Assembly (NCBI GenBank): GCA_964016885.1 | Contig: OZ024743.1 | Location: 298,220,001-298,284,000, forward strand | Direction of reading: 5' to 3' | Source: Eledone cirrhosa | Lineage: Eukaryota | Length of the DNA stretch: 64,000 nucleotides | In this document: positions 1 to 12,700 of the stretch, piece after piece | How positions within the stretch are numbered: the first letter of the stretch is position 1 | How the letters are laid out: each line of letters starts with the position of its first letter | Program-made: the position numbers and the translations under genes | The notes under the pieces: generated by a model | Database searches by the model: none | Told to the model about the DNA's origin: nothing | What the model saw: the letters and a program-made list of their open reading frames with translations, nothing else

Positions 1-79
1 GTCAATTGGGAGCACCTTTAAAGTCAGATTGGGTGGTAAGCACACACACAAAAAAAAAAGGAAACATGAAGAAAATGTT

Positions 80-107
80 TCACACCAAGATTAATAGCTT
101 GGTGTGA
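80..107. repeat. Short hairpin in monomer B (perfect 10-bp stem, 8-nt loop); related stems in A and D
   Basis: TCACACCAAG-attaatag-CTTGGTGTGA; monomer A has TCACACCAA-aatcaatatc-TTGGTGTGA. Confidence 0.85.
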
Positions 108-910
108 TGTAGTATGGTGTAACTTGGTATGGTGTGGTTTGGTTTGGTGAAGTTATGAAATGGAAACCAATTGTAAACGATAGATTCCCATGTCATATTT
201 ATCGATAATGTGTCGGAAAATAGTCATTTGCAAGCACCTTTGATGTTAGTTTGAGGTGGTAATCACACAAAAAAAGCAGGTAGCAAATTTGTCACATTGA
301 TGTCCATACCATGGTGTGATGTAAATGGTAGGAGTAAGTGTGATGTAGTATGGTGTGGTTTGGTGAAGTTTCTACAAAGATAGTCATTTTCGACAGGTTT
401 CCATGTCATAATTATTGATATGTGAAAAAAAAAGTAAATTGAGAGCACCTTTAATGTCAGATGGGGTAGTAAGCACACAGAAAAAAAAATGTTTCACACC
501 AAGATCAATAGCTTAGTGCGTGGTAGTATGGTGTAACTTGGTATGGTGTGGTTTATTTTGGTTTGGTGAAGTTATGAAATGGAAACCTATTGTAAACGAT
601 AGATTCCCATGTCATATTCATTGATAATGTGTGGTAAAATAGTCATTTGCAAGCATCTTTGATGTTAGTTTGAGGTGGTAACCACAAAAAAAAAGCAGGT
701 AGCAAATTTGTCACATTAATGTCCATATGATATGTAAATGGTAGGAGTAGGTGTTCTGTAATAAATTTACCATATAGTGAAGTATGGTTATGGTTATGGT
801 GAAGTATATGGTGTGGATTGAGGTAGATTAATGTGCTGTGGTGTGCTTTGTTATAAGTGAGGATTTAAATTTCCACTTTGATTTATGTTAGAAAAAAATC
901 TTTTCCTTCA

Positions 911-1113
911 TTTTTGCACGTGTTATCAACTTCCAAGAAGCTCGCAGTGGACTATGCTTTTAGCATATTAACAAAAAATATGACTTCCGCTGCAATAAAA
1001 AATGACTAGCTTAGTAAATGGTATTTCCACCCACATCCTCCCTCTTTTTTCTACAAAGCTAGTCATTTTCGACAGTTTTCCATGTTATAATTATTGATAA
1101 TATGTGCGAAAAA
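911..1113. repeat. Imperfect palindrome present once per satellite unit (first copy shown)
   Basis: AAAATGACTAGCTTAGTA (999-1016) pairs with TACAAAGCTAGTCATTTT (1052-1069), one mismatch. TTTTAGCATATTAACAAAAAATATGAC (958-984) and TTTTTGCACGTGTTATCAA (911-929) both pair imperfectly with the ...TTATTGATAATATGTGCGAAAAA segment (to 1113). Confidence 0.85.
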
Positions 1114-2445
1114 TAGTCAATTGCAACACCTTTGATGTCAAATTGGGTGGTAAGCACAAAAATAAAATCCCGGATGAAAATTTGTCACACCAAAAAATAG
1201 TCAATACCTTTGATGTCAAATTGGGTGGTAAGCACAAAAAAAAAAATCCCAGATGAAAATTTGTCACACCAAAATCAATATCTTGGTGTGATGTAGTATG
1301 GTGTGGTTTGGTGAAGTTTCTACGAAGATAGTCATTTTCGACAGGTTTCCATGTCATAATTATTGATGAGTGGAAAAAAAATAGTCAATTGGGAGCACCT
1401 TTAAAGTCAGATTGGTTGGTAAGCACACACACAAAAAAAAAAAGGAAACATGAAGAAAATGTTTCACACCAAGATTAATAGCTTGGTGTGATGTAGTATG
1501 GTGTAACTTGGTATGGTGTGGTTTGGTTTGGTGAAGTTATGAAATGGAAACCAATTGTAAACGATAGATTCCCATGTCATATTTATCGATAATGTGTCGG
1601 AAAATAGTCATTTGCAAGCACCTTTGATGTTAGTTTGAGGTGGTAATCACACAAAAAAAAGCAGGTAGCAAATTTGTCACATTGATGTCCATACCATGGT
1701 GTGATGTAAATGGTAGGAGTAAGTGTGATGTAGTATGGTGTGGTTTGGTGAAGTTTCTACAAAGATAGTCATTTTCGACAGGTTTCCATGTCATAATTAT
1801 TGATATGTGAAAAAAAAAGTAAATTGAGAGCACCTTTAATGTCAGATGGGGTAGTAAGCACACAGAAAAAAAAATGTTTCACACCAAGATCAATAGCTTG
1901 GTGCGATGTAGTATGGTGTAACTTGGTATGGTGTGGTTTATTTTGGTTTGGTGAAGTTATGAAATGGAAACCTATTGTAAACGATAGATTCCCATGTCAT
2001 ATTCATTGATAATGTGAGGTAAAATAGTCATTTGCAAGCATCTTTGATGTTAGTTTGAGGTGGTAACCACAAAAAAAAAAGCAGGTAGCAAATTTGTCAC
2101 ATTAATGTCCATATGATATGTAAATGGTAGGAGTAGGTGTTCTGTAATAAATTTACCATATAGTGAAGTATGGTTATGGTTATAGTGAAGTATATGGTGT
2201 GGATTGAGGTAGATTAATGTGCTGTGGTGTGCTTTGTTATAAGTGAGGATTTAAATTTCCACTTTGATTTATGTTAGAAAAAAAACTTTTCCTTCATTTT
2301 TGCACGTGTTATCAACTTCCAAGAAGCTCTCAGTGGACTATGCTTTTAGCATATTAACAAAAAATATGACTTCCGCTGCAATAACAAATGACTAGCTTAG
2401 TAAATGGTATTTCCACCCACATCCTCCCTCTTTTTTCTACAAAAC

Positions 2446-3752
2446 TAGTCATTTTCGACAGTTTTCCATGTCATAATTATTGATAATATGTGCGAAAAAT
2501 AGTCAATTGCAACACCTTTGATGTCAAATTGGGTGGTAAGCACAAAAATAAAATCCCGGATGAAAATTTGTCACACCAAAATCAATATCTTGGTGTGATG
2601 TAGTATGGTGTGGTTTGGTGAAGTTTCTACAAAGATAGTCATTTTCGACAAGTTTCCATGTCGTAATTATTGATGAGTGGAAAAAAAATAGTCAATTGGG
2701 AGCACCTTTAATGTCAGATTGGGTGGTAAGCACACACACACAAAAAAAAAAGGAAACGGGAAGAAAATGTTTCACACCAAGATTAATAGCTTGGTGTGAT
2801 GTAGTATGGTGTAACTTGGTATGGTGTGGTTTGGTTTGGTGAAGTTATGAAATGGAAACCAATTGTAAACGATAGATTCCCATGTCATATTTATCGATAA
2901 TGTGTCGGAAAATAGTCATTTGCAAGCACCTTTGATGTTAGTTTGAGGTGGTAATCACACAAAAAAAGCAGGTAGCAAATTTGACACATTGATGTCCATA
3001 CCATGGTGTGATGTAAATGGTAGGAGTAAGTGTGATGTAGTATGGTGTGGTTTGGTGAAGTTTCTACAAAGATAGTCATTTTCGACAGGTTTCCATGTCA
3101 TAATTATTGATATGTGAAAAAAAAAGTAAATTGAGAGCACCTTTAATGTCAGATGGGGTAGTAAGCACACAGAAAAAAAAATGTTTCACACCAAGATCAA
3201 TAGCTTGGTGCGATGTAGTATGGTGTAACTTGGTATGGTGTGGTTTATTTTGGTTTGGTGAAGTTATGAAATGGAAACCTATTGTAAACGATAGATTCCC
3301 ATGTCATATTCATTGATAATGTGTGGTAAAATAGTCATTTGCAAGCATCTTTGATGTTAGTTTGAGGTGGTAACCACAAAAAAAAAAGCAGGTAGCAAAT
3401 TTGTCACATTAATGTCCATATGATATGTAAATGGTAGGAGTAGGTGTTCTGTAATAAATTTACCATATAGTGAAGTATGGTTATGGTTATGGTGAAGTAT
3501 ATGGTGTGGATTGAGGTAGATTAATGTGCTGTGGTGTGCTTTGTTATAAGTGAGGATTTAAATTTCCACTTTGATTTATGTTAGAAAAAAAACTTTTCCT
3601 TCATTTTTGCACGTGTTATCAACTTCCAAGAAGCTCGCAGTGGACAATGCTTTTAGCATATTAACAAAAAATATGACTTCCGCTGCAATAAAAAATGACT
3701 AGCTTAGTAAATGGTATTTCCACCCACATCCTCCCACTTTTTTCTACAAAGC
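2446..3752 (+). repeat. Exemplar ~1307-bp unit: five related monomers A-B-C-D-E followed by a GT-rich tract and a palindromic segment
   Basis: Each monomer has the motif order CCATGTCATA..GAT..AAAA(T)AGT..CA(C/T)CTTT(G/A)ATGT..GT(G/A)GTAA..poly(A)..TCACA..GATGTA-like. B and D are closest to each other, as are C and E. Confidence 0.9.
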
Positions 3753-6700
3753 TAGTCATTTTCGACAGTTTTCCATGTCATAATTATTGATAATATGTGC
3801 GAAAAATAGTCAATTGCAACACCTTTGATGTCAAATTGGGTGGTAAGCACAAAAATAAAATCCCGGATGAAAATTTGTCACACCAAAATCAATATCTTGG
3901 TGTGATGTAGTATGGTGTGGTTTGGTGAAGTTTCTACGAAGATAGTCATTTTCGACAGGTTTCCATGTCACAATTATTGATGAGTGGAAAAAAAATAGTC
4001 AATTGGGAGCACCTTTAAAGTCAGATTGGGTGGTAAGCACACACACAAAAAAAAAAGGAAACATGAAGAAAATGTTTCACACCAAGATTAATAGCTTGGT
4101 GTGATGTAGTATGGTGTAACTTGGTATGGTGTGGTTTGGTTTGGTGAAGTTATGAAATGGAAACCAATTGTAAACGATAGATTCCCATGTCATATTTATC
4201 GATAATGTGTCGGAAAATAGTCATTTGCAAGCACCTTTGATGTTAGTTTGAGGTGGTAATCACACAAAAAAAGCAGGTAGCAAATTTGTCACATTGATGT
4301 CCATACCATGGTGTGATGTAAATGGTAGGAGTAAGTGTGATGTAGTATGGTGTGGTTTGGTGAAGTTTCTACAAAGATAGTCATTTTCGACAGGTTTCCA
4401 TGTCATAATTATTGATATGTGAAAAAAAAAGTAAATTGAGAGCACCTTTAATGTCAGATGGGGTAGTAAGCACACAGAAAAAAAAATGTTTCACACCAAG
4501 ATCAATAGCTTAGTGCGTGGTAGTATGGTGTAACTTGGTATGGTGTGGTTTATTTTGGTTTGGTGAAGTTATGAAATGGAAACCTATTGTAAACGATAGA
4601 TTCCCATGTCATATTCATTGATAATGTGTGGTAAAATAGTCATTTGCAAGCATCTTTGATGTTAGTTTGAGGTGGTAACCACAAAAAAAAAGCAGGTAGC
4701 AAATTTGTCACATTAATGTCCATATGATATGTAAATGGTAGGAGTAGGTGTTCTGTAATAAATTTACCATATAGTGAAGTATGGTTATGGTTATGGTGAA
4801 GTATATGGTGTGGATTGAGGTAGATTAATGTGCTGTGGTGTGCTTTGTTATAAGTGAGGATTTAAATTTCCACTTTGATTTATGTTAGAAAAAAATCTTT
4901 TCCTTCATTTTTGCACGTGTTATCAACTTCCAAGAAGCTCGCAGTGGACTATGCTTTTAGCATATTAACAAAAAATATGACTTCCGCTGCAATAAAAAAT
5001 GACTAGCTTAGTAAATGGTATTTCCACCCACATCCTCCCTCTTTTTTCTACAAAGCTAGTCATTTTCGACAGTTTTCCATGTTATAATTATTGATAATAT
5101 GTGCGAAAAATAGTCAATTGCAACACCTTTGATGTCAAATTGGGTGGTAAGCACAAAAATAAAATCCCGGATGAAAATTTGTCACACCAAAAAATAGTCA
5201 ATACCTTTGATGTCAAATTGGGTGGTAAGCACAAAAAAAAAAATCCCAGATGAAAATTTGTCACACCAAAATCAATATCTTGGTGTGATGTAGTATGGTG
5301 TGGTTTGGTGAAGTTTCTACGAAGATAGTCATTTTCGACAGGTTTCCATGTCATAATTATTGATGAGTGGAAAAAAAATAGTCAATTGGGAGCACCTTTA
5401 AAGTCAGATTGGTTGGTAAGCACACACACAAAAAAAAAAAGGAAACATGAAGAAAATGTTTCACACCAAGATTAATAGCTTGGTGTGATGTAGTATGGTG
5501 TAACTTGGTATGGTGTGGTTTGGTTTGGTGAAGTTATGAAATGGAAACCAATTGTAAACGATAGATTCCCATGTCATATTTATCGATAATGTGTCGGAAA
5601 ATAGTCATTTGCAAGCACCTTTGATGTTAGTTTGAGGTGGTAATCACACAAAAAAAAGCAGGTAGCAAATTTGTCACATTGATGTCCATACCATGGTGTG
5701 ATGTAAATGGTAGGAGTAAGTGTGATGTAGTATGGTGTGGTTTGGTGAAGTTTCTACAAAGATAGTCATTTTCGACAGGTTTCCATGTCATAATTATTGA
5801 TATGTGAAAAAAAAAGTAAATTGAGAGCACCTTTAATGTCAGATGGGGTAGTAAGCACACAGGAAAAAAAATGTTTCACACCAAGATCAATAGCTTGGTG
5901 CGATGTAGTATGGTGTAACTTGGTATGGTGTGGTTTATTTTGGTTTGGTGATGTTATGAAATGGAAACCTATTGTAAACGATAGATTCCCATGTCATATT
6001 CATTGATAATGTGGGGTAAAATAGTCATTTGCAAGCATCTTTGATGTTAGTTTGAGGTGGTAACCACAAAAAAAAAAGCAGGTAGCAAATTTGTCACATT
6101 AATGTCCATATGATATGTAAATGGTAGGAGTAGGTGTTCTGTAATAAATTTACCATATAGTGAAGTATGGTTATGGTTATAGTGAAGTATATGGTGTGGA
6201 TTGAGGTAGATTAATGTGCTGTGGTGTGCTTTGTTATAAGTGAGGATTTAAATTTCCACTTTGATTTATGTTAGAAAAAAAACTTTTCCTTCATTTTTGC
6301 ACGTGTTATCAACTTCCAAGAAGCTCTCAGTGGACTATGCTTTTAGCATATTAACAAAAAATATGACTTCCGCTGCAATAACAAATGACTAGCTTAGTAA
6401 ATGGTATTTCCACCCACATCCTCCCTCTTTTTTCTACAAAACTAGTCATTTTCGACAGTTTTCCATGTCATAATTATTGATAATATGTGCGAAAAATAGT
6501 CAATTGCAACACCTTTGATGTCAAATTGGGTGGTAAGCACAAAAATAAAATCCCGGATGAAAATTTGTCACACCAAAATCAATATCTTGGTGTGATGTAG
6601 TATGGTGTGGTTTGGTGAAGTTTCTACGAAGATAGTCATTTTCGACAAGTTTCCATGTCGTAATTATTGATGAGTGGAAAAAAAATAGTCAATTGGGAGC

Positions 6701-9700
6701 ACCTTTAATGTCAGATTGGGTGGTAAGCACACACACACACAAAAAAAAGGAAACGGGAAGAAAATGTTTCACACCAAGATTAATAGCTTGGTGTGATGTA
6801 GTATGGTGTAACTTGGTATGGTGTGGTTTGGTTTGGTGAAGTTATGAAATGGAAACCAATTGTAAACGATAGATTCCCATGTCATATTTATCGATAATGT
6901 GTCGGAAAATAGTCATTTGCAAGCACCTTTGATGTTAGTTTGAGGTGGTAATCACACAAAAAAAGCAGGTAGCAAATTTGACACATTGATGTCCATACCA
7001 TGGTGTGATGTAAATGGTAGGAGTAAGTGTGATGTAGTATGGTGTGGTTTGGTGAAGTTTCTACAAAGATAGTCATTTTCGACAGGTTTCCATGTCATAA
7101 TTATTGATATGTGAAAAAAAAAGTAAATTGAGAGCACCTTTAATGTCAGATGGGGTAGTAAGCACACAGAAAAAAAAATGTTTCACACCAAGATCAATAG
7201 CTTGGTGCGATGTAGTATGGTGTAACTTGGTATGGTGTGGTTTATTTTGGTTTGGTGAAGTTATGAAATGGAAACCTATTGTAAACGATAGATTCCCATG
7301 TCATATTCATTGATAATGTGTGGTAAAATAGTCATTTGCAAGCATCTTTGATGTTAGTTTGAGGTGGTAACCACAAAAAAAAAAGCAGGTAGCAAATTTG
7401 TCACATTAATGTCCATATGATATGTAAATGGTAGGAGTAGGTGTTCTGTAATAAATTTACCATATAGTGAAGTATGGTTATGGTTATGGTGAAGTATATG
7501 GTGTGGATTGAGGTAGATTAATGTGCTGTGGTGTGCTTTGTTATAAGTGAGGATTTAAATTTCCACTTTGATTTATGTTAGAAAAAAAACTTTTCCTTCA
7601 TTTTTGCACGTGTTATCAACTTCCAAGAAGCTCGCAGTGGACTATGCTTTTAGCATATTAACAAAAAATATGACTTCCGCTGCAATAAAAAATGACTAGC
7701 TTAGTAAATGGTATTTCCACCCACATCCTCCCTCTTTTTTCTACAAAGCTAGTCATTTTCGACAGTTTTCCATGTCATAATTATTGATAATATGTGCGAA
7801 AAATAGTCAATTGCAACACCTTTGATGTCAAATTGGGTGGTAAGCACAAAAATAAAATCCCGGATGAAAATTTGTCACACCAAAATCAATATCTTGGTGT
7901 GATGTAGTATGGTGTGGTTTGGTGAAGTTTCTACGAAGATAGTCATTTTCGACAGGTTTCCATGTCGTAATTATTGATGAGTGGAAAAAAAATAGTCAAT
8001 TGGGAGCACCTTTAATGTCAGATTGGGTGGTAAGCACACACACACACAAAAAAAAAGGAAACGGGAAGAAAATGTTTCACACCAAGATTAATAGCTTGGT
8101 GTGATGTAGTATGGTGTAACTTGGTATGGTGTGGTTTGGTTTGGTGAAGTTATGAAATGGAAACCAATTGTAAACGATAGATTCCCATGTCATATTTATC
8201 GATAATGTGTCGGAAAATAGTCATTTGCAAGCACCTTTGATGTTAGTTTGAGGTGGTAATCACACAAAAAAAAGCAGGTAGCAAATTTGTCACATTGATG
8301 TCCATATGATATGTAAATGGTAGGAGTAGGTGTTCTGTAATAAATTTACCATATAGTGAAGTATGGTTATGGTTATAGTGAAGTATATGGTGTGGATTGA
8401 GGTAGATTAATGTGCTGTGGTGTGCTTTGTTATAAGTGAGGATTTAAATTTCCACTTTGATTTATGTTAGAAAAAAATCTTTTCCTTCATTTTTGCACGT
8501 GTTATCAACTTCCAAGAAGCTCGCAGTGGACTATGCTTTTAGCATATTAACAAAAAATATGACTTCCGCTGCAATAAAAAATGACTAGCTTAGTAAATGG
8601 TATTTCCACCCACATCCTCCCTCTTTTTTCTACAAAGCTAGTCATTTTCGACAGTTTTCCATGTTATAATTATTGATAATATGTGCGAAAAATAGTCAAT
8701 TGCAACACCTTTGATGTCAAATTGGGTGGTAAGCACAAAAAAAAAATCCCGGATGAAAATTTGTCACACCAAAAAATAGTCAATACCTTTGATGTCAAAT
8801 TGGGTGGTAAGCACAAAAAAAAAAATCCCGGATGAAAATTTGTCACACCAAAATCAATATCTTGGTGTGATGTAGTATGGTGTGGTTTGGTGAAGTTTCT
8901 ACGAAGATAGTCATTTTCGACAGGTTTCCATGTCACAATTATTGATGAGTGGAAAAAAAATAGTCAATTGGGAGCACCTTTAAAGTCAGATTGGGTGGTA
9001 AGCACACACACAAAAAAAAAAGGAAACATGAAGAAAATGTTTCACACCAAGATTAATAGCTTGGTGTGATGTAGTATGGTGTAACTTGGTATGGTGTGGT
9101 TTGGTTTGGTGAAGTTATGAAATGGAAACCAATTGTAAACGATAGATTCCCATGTCATATTTATCGATAATGTGTCGGAAAATAGTCATTTGCAAGCACC
9201 TTTGATGTTAGTTTGAGGTGGTAATCACACAAAAAAAGCAGGTAGCAAATTTGACACATTGATGTCCATACCATGGTGTGATGTAAATGGTAGGAGTAAG
9301 TGTGATGTAGTATGGTGTGGTTTGGTGAAGTTTCTACAAAGATAGTCATTTTCGACAGGTTTCCATGTCATAATTATTGATATGTGAAAAAAAAAGTAAA
9401 TTGAGAGCACCTTTAATGTCAGATGGGGTAGTAAGCACACAGAAAAAAAAATGTTTCACACCAAGATCAATAGCTTGGTGCGATGTAGTATGGTGTAACT
9501 TGGTATGGTGTGGTTTATTTTGGTTTGGTGAAGTTATGAAATGGAAACCTATTGTAAACGATAGATTCCCATGTCATATTCATTGATAATGTGTGGTAAA
9601 ATAGTCATTTGCAAGCATCTTTGATGTTAGTTTGAGGTGGTAACCACAAAAAAAAAAGCAGGTAGCAAATTTGTCACATTAATGTCCATATGATATGTAA

Positions 9701-12700
9701 ATGGTAGGAGTAGGTGTTCTGTAATAAATTTACCATATAGTGAAGTATGGTTATGGTTATGGTGAAGTATATGGTGTGGATTGAGGTAGATTAATGTGCT
9801 GTGGTGTGCTTTGTTATAAGTGAGGATTTAAATTTCCACTTTGATTTATGTTAGAAAAAAAACTTTTCCTTCATTTTTGCACGTGTTATCAACTTCCAAG
9901 AAGCTCGCAGTGGACTATGCTTTTAGCATATTAACAAAAAATATGACTTCCGCTGCAATAAAAAATGACTAGCTTAGTAAATGGTATTTCCACCCACATC
10001 CTCCCTCTTTTTTCTACAAAGCTAGTCATTTTCGACAGTTTTCCATGTCATAATTATTGATAATATGTGCGAAAAATAGTCAGTACCTTTGATGTCAAAT
10101 TGGGTGGTAAGCACAAAAAAAAATCCCGATGAAAATTTGTCACACCAAAATCAATATCTTGGTGTAATGTAGTATGGTGTGGTTTGGTGAAGTTTCTACG
10201 AAGATAGTCATTTTCAACACGTTTCCATGTCATAATTATTGATGAGTGGAAAAAAAATAGTCAATTGGGAGCACCTTTAATGTCAGATTGGGTGGTAAGC
10301 ACACACACACAAAAAAAAAAATGGAAACGGGAAGAAAATGTTTCACACCAAGATTAATAGCTTGGTGTGATGTAGTATGGTGTAACTTGGTATGGTGTGG
10401 TTTGGTTTGGTGAAGTTGTGAAATGGAAACCAATTGTAAACGATAGATTCCCATGTCATATTTAACGATAATGTGTCGGAAAATAGTCATTTGCAAGCAC
10501 CTTTGATGTTAGTTTGAGGTGGTAATCACAAAACAAAAGCAGGTAGCAAATTTGTCACATTGATGTCCATACCATGGTGTGATGTAAATGGTAGGAGTAA
10601 GTGTGATGTAGTATGGTGTGGTTTGGTGAAGTTTCTACAAAGATAGTCATTTTCGACAGGTTTCCATGTCATAATTATTGATATGTGAAAAAAAAAGTAA
10701 ATTGAGAGCACCTTTAATGTCAGATGGGGTAGTAAGCACACAGAAAAAAAAATGTTTCACACCAAGATCAATAGCTTGGTGCGATGTAGTATGGTGTAAC
10801 TTGGTATGGTGTGGTTTATTTTGGTTTGGTGAAGTTATGAAATGGAAACCTATTGTAAACGATAGATTCCCATGTCATATTCATTGATAATGTGAGGTAA
10901 AATAGTCATTTGCAAGCATCTTTGATGTTAGTTTGAGGTGGTAACCACAAAAAAAAAAGCAGGTAGCAAATTTGTCACATTAATGTCCATATGATATGTA
11001 AATGGTAGGAGTAGGTGTTCTGTAATAAATTTACCATATAGTGAAGTATGGTTATGGTTATAGTGAAGTATATGGTGTGGATTGAGGTAGATTAATGTGC
11101 TGTGGTGTGCTTTGTTATAAGTGAGGATTTAAATTTCCACTTTGATTTATGTTAGAAAAAAAACTTTTCCTTCATTTTTGCACGTGTTATCAACTTCCAA
11201 GAAGCTCTCAGTGGACTATGCTTTTAGCATATTAACAAAAAATATGACTTCCGCTGCAATAACAAATGACTAGCTTAGTAAATGGTATTTCCACCCACAT
11301 CCTCCCTCTTTTTTCTACAAAACTAGTCATTTTCGACAGTTTTCCATGTCATAATTATTGATAATATGTGCGAAAAATAGTCAATTGCAACACCTTTGAT
11401 GTCAAATTGGGTGGTAAGCACAAAAATAAAATCCCGGATGAAAATTTGTCACACCAAAATCAATATCTTGGTGTGATGTAGTATGGTGTGGTTTGGTGAA
11501 GTTTCTACGAAGATAGTCATTTTCGACAAGTTTCCATGTCGTAATTATTGATGAGTGGAAAAAAAATAGTCAATTGGGAGCACCTTTAATGTCAGATTGG
11601 GTGGTAAGCACACACACACACAAAAAAAAGGAAACGGGAAGAAAATGTTTCACACCAAGATTAATAGCTTGGTGTGATGTAGTATGGTGTAACTTGGTAT
11701 GGTGTGGTTTGGTTTGGTGAAGTTATGAAATGGAAACCAATTGTAAACGATAGATTCCCATGTCATATTTATCGATAATGTGTCGGAAAATAGTCATTTG
11801 CAAGCACCTTTGATGTTAGTTTGAGGTGGTAATCACACAAAAAAAGCAGGTAGCAAATTTGACACATTGATGTCCATACCATGGTGTGATGTAAATGGTA
11901 GGAGTAAGTGTGATGTAGTATGGTGTGGTTTGGTGAAGTTTCTACAAAGATAGTCATTTTCGACAGGTTTCCATGTCATAATTATTGATATGTGAAAAAA
12001 AAAGTAAATTGAGAGCACCTTTAATGTCAGATGGGGTAGTAAGCACACAGAAAAAAAAATGTTTCACACCAAGATCAATAGCTTGGTGCGATGTAGTATG
12101 GTGTAACTTGGTATGGTGTGGTTTATTTTGGTTTGGTGAAGTTATGAAATGGAAACCTATTGTAAACGATAGATTCCCATGTCATATTCATTGATAATGT
12201 GTGGTAAAATAGTCATTTGCAAGCATCTTTGATGTTAGTTTGAGGTGGTAACCACAAAAAAAAAAGCAGGTAGCAAATTTGTCACATTAATGTCCATATG
12301 ATATGTAAATGGTAGGAGTAGGTGTTCTGTAATAAATTTACCATATAGTGAAGTATGGTTATGGTTATGGTGAAGTATATGGTGTGGATTGAGGTAGATT
12401 AATGTGCTGTGGTGTGCTTTGTTATAAGTGAGGATTTAAATTTCCACTTTGATTTATGTTAGAAAAAAAACTTTTCCTTCATTTTTGCACGTGTTATCAA
12501 CTTCCAAGAAGCTCGCAGTGGACTATGCTTTTAGCATATTAACAAAAAATATGACTTCCGCTGCAATAAAAAATGACTAGCTTAGTAAATGGTATTTCCA
12601 CCCACATCCTCCCTCTTTTTTCTACAAAGCTAGTCATTTTCGACAGTTTTCCATGTCATAATTATTGATAATATGTGCGAAAAATAGTCAGTACCTTTGA

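Noticed and set aside
1330-1425. Splice-like signals in monomers (TTTTCGACAG| ... |GTAAGC) suggesting an exon cassette array
   Set aside because: Only B has an open frame (FHVIIIDEWKKNSQLGAPL.SDW); the same frame has stops in A and D, exon phases are incompatible and there are no flanking constant exons. Spliced RNA-seq reads would reopen this.
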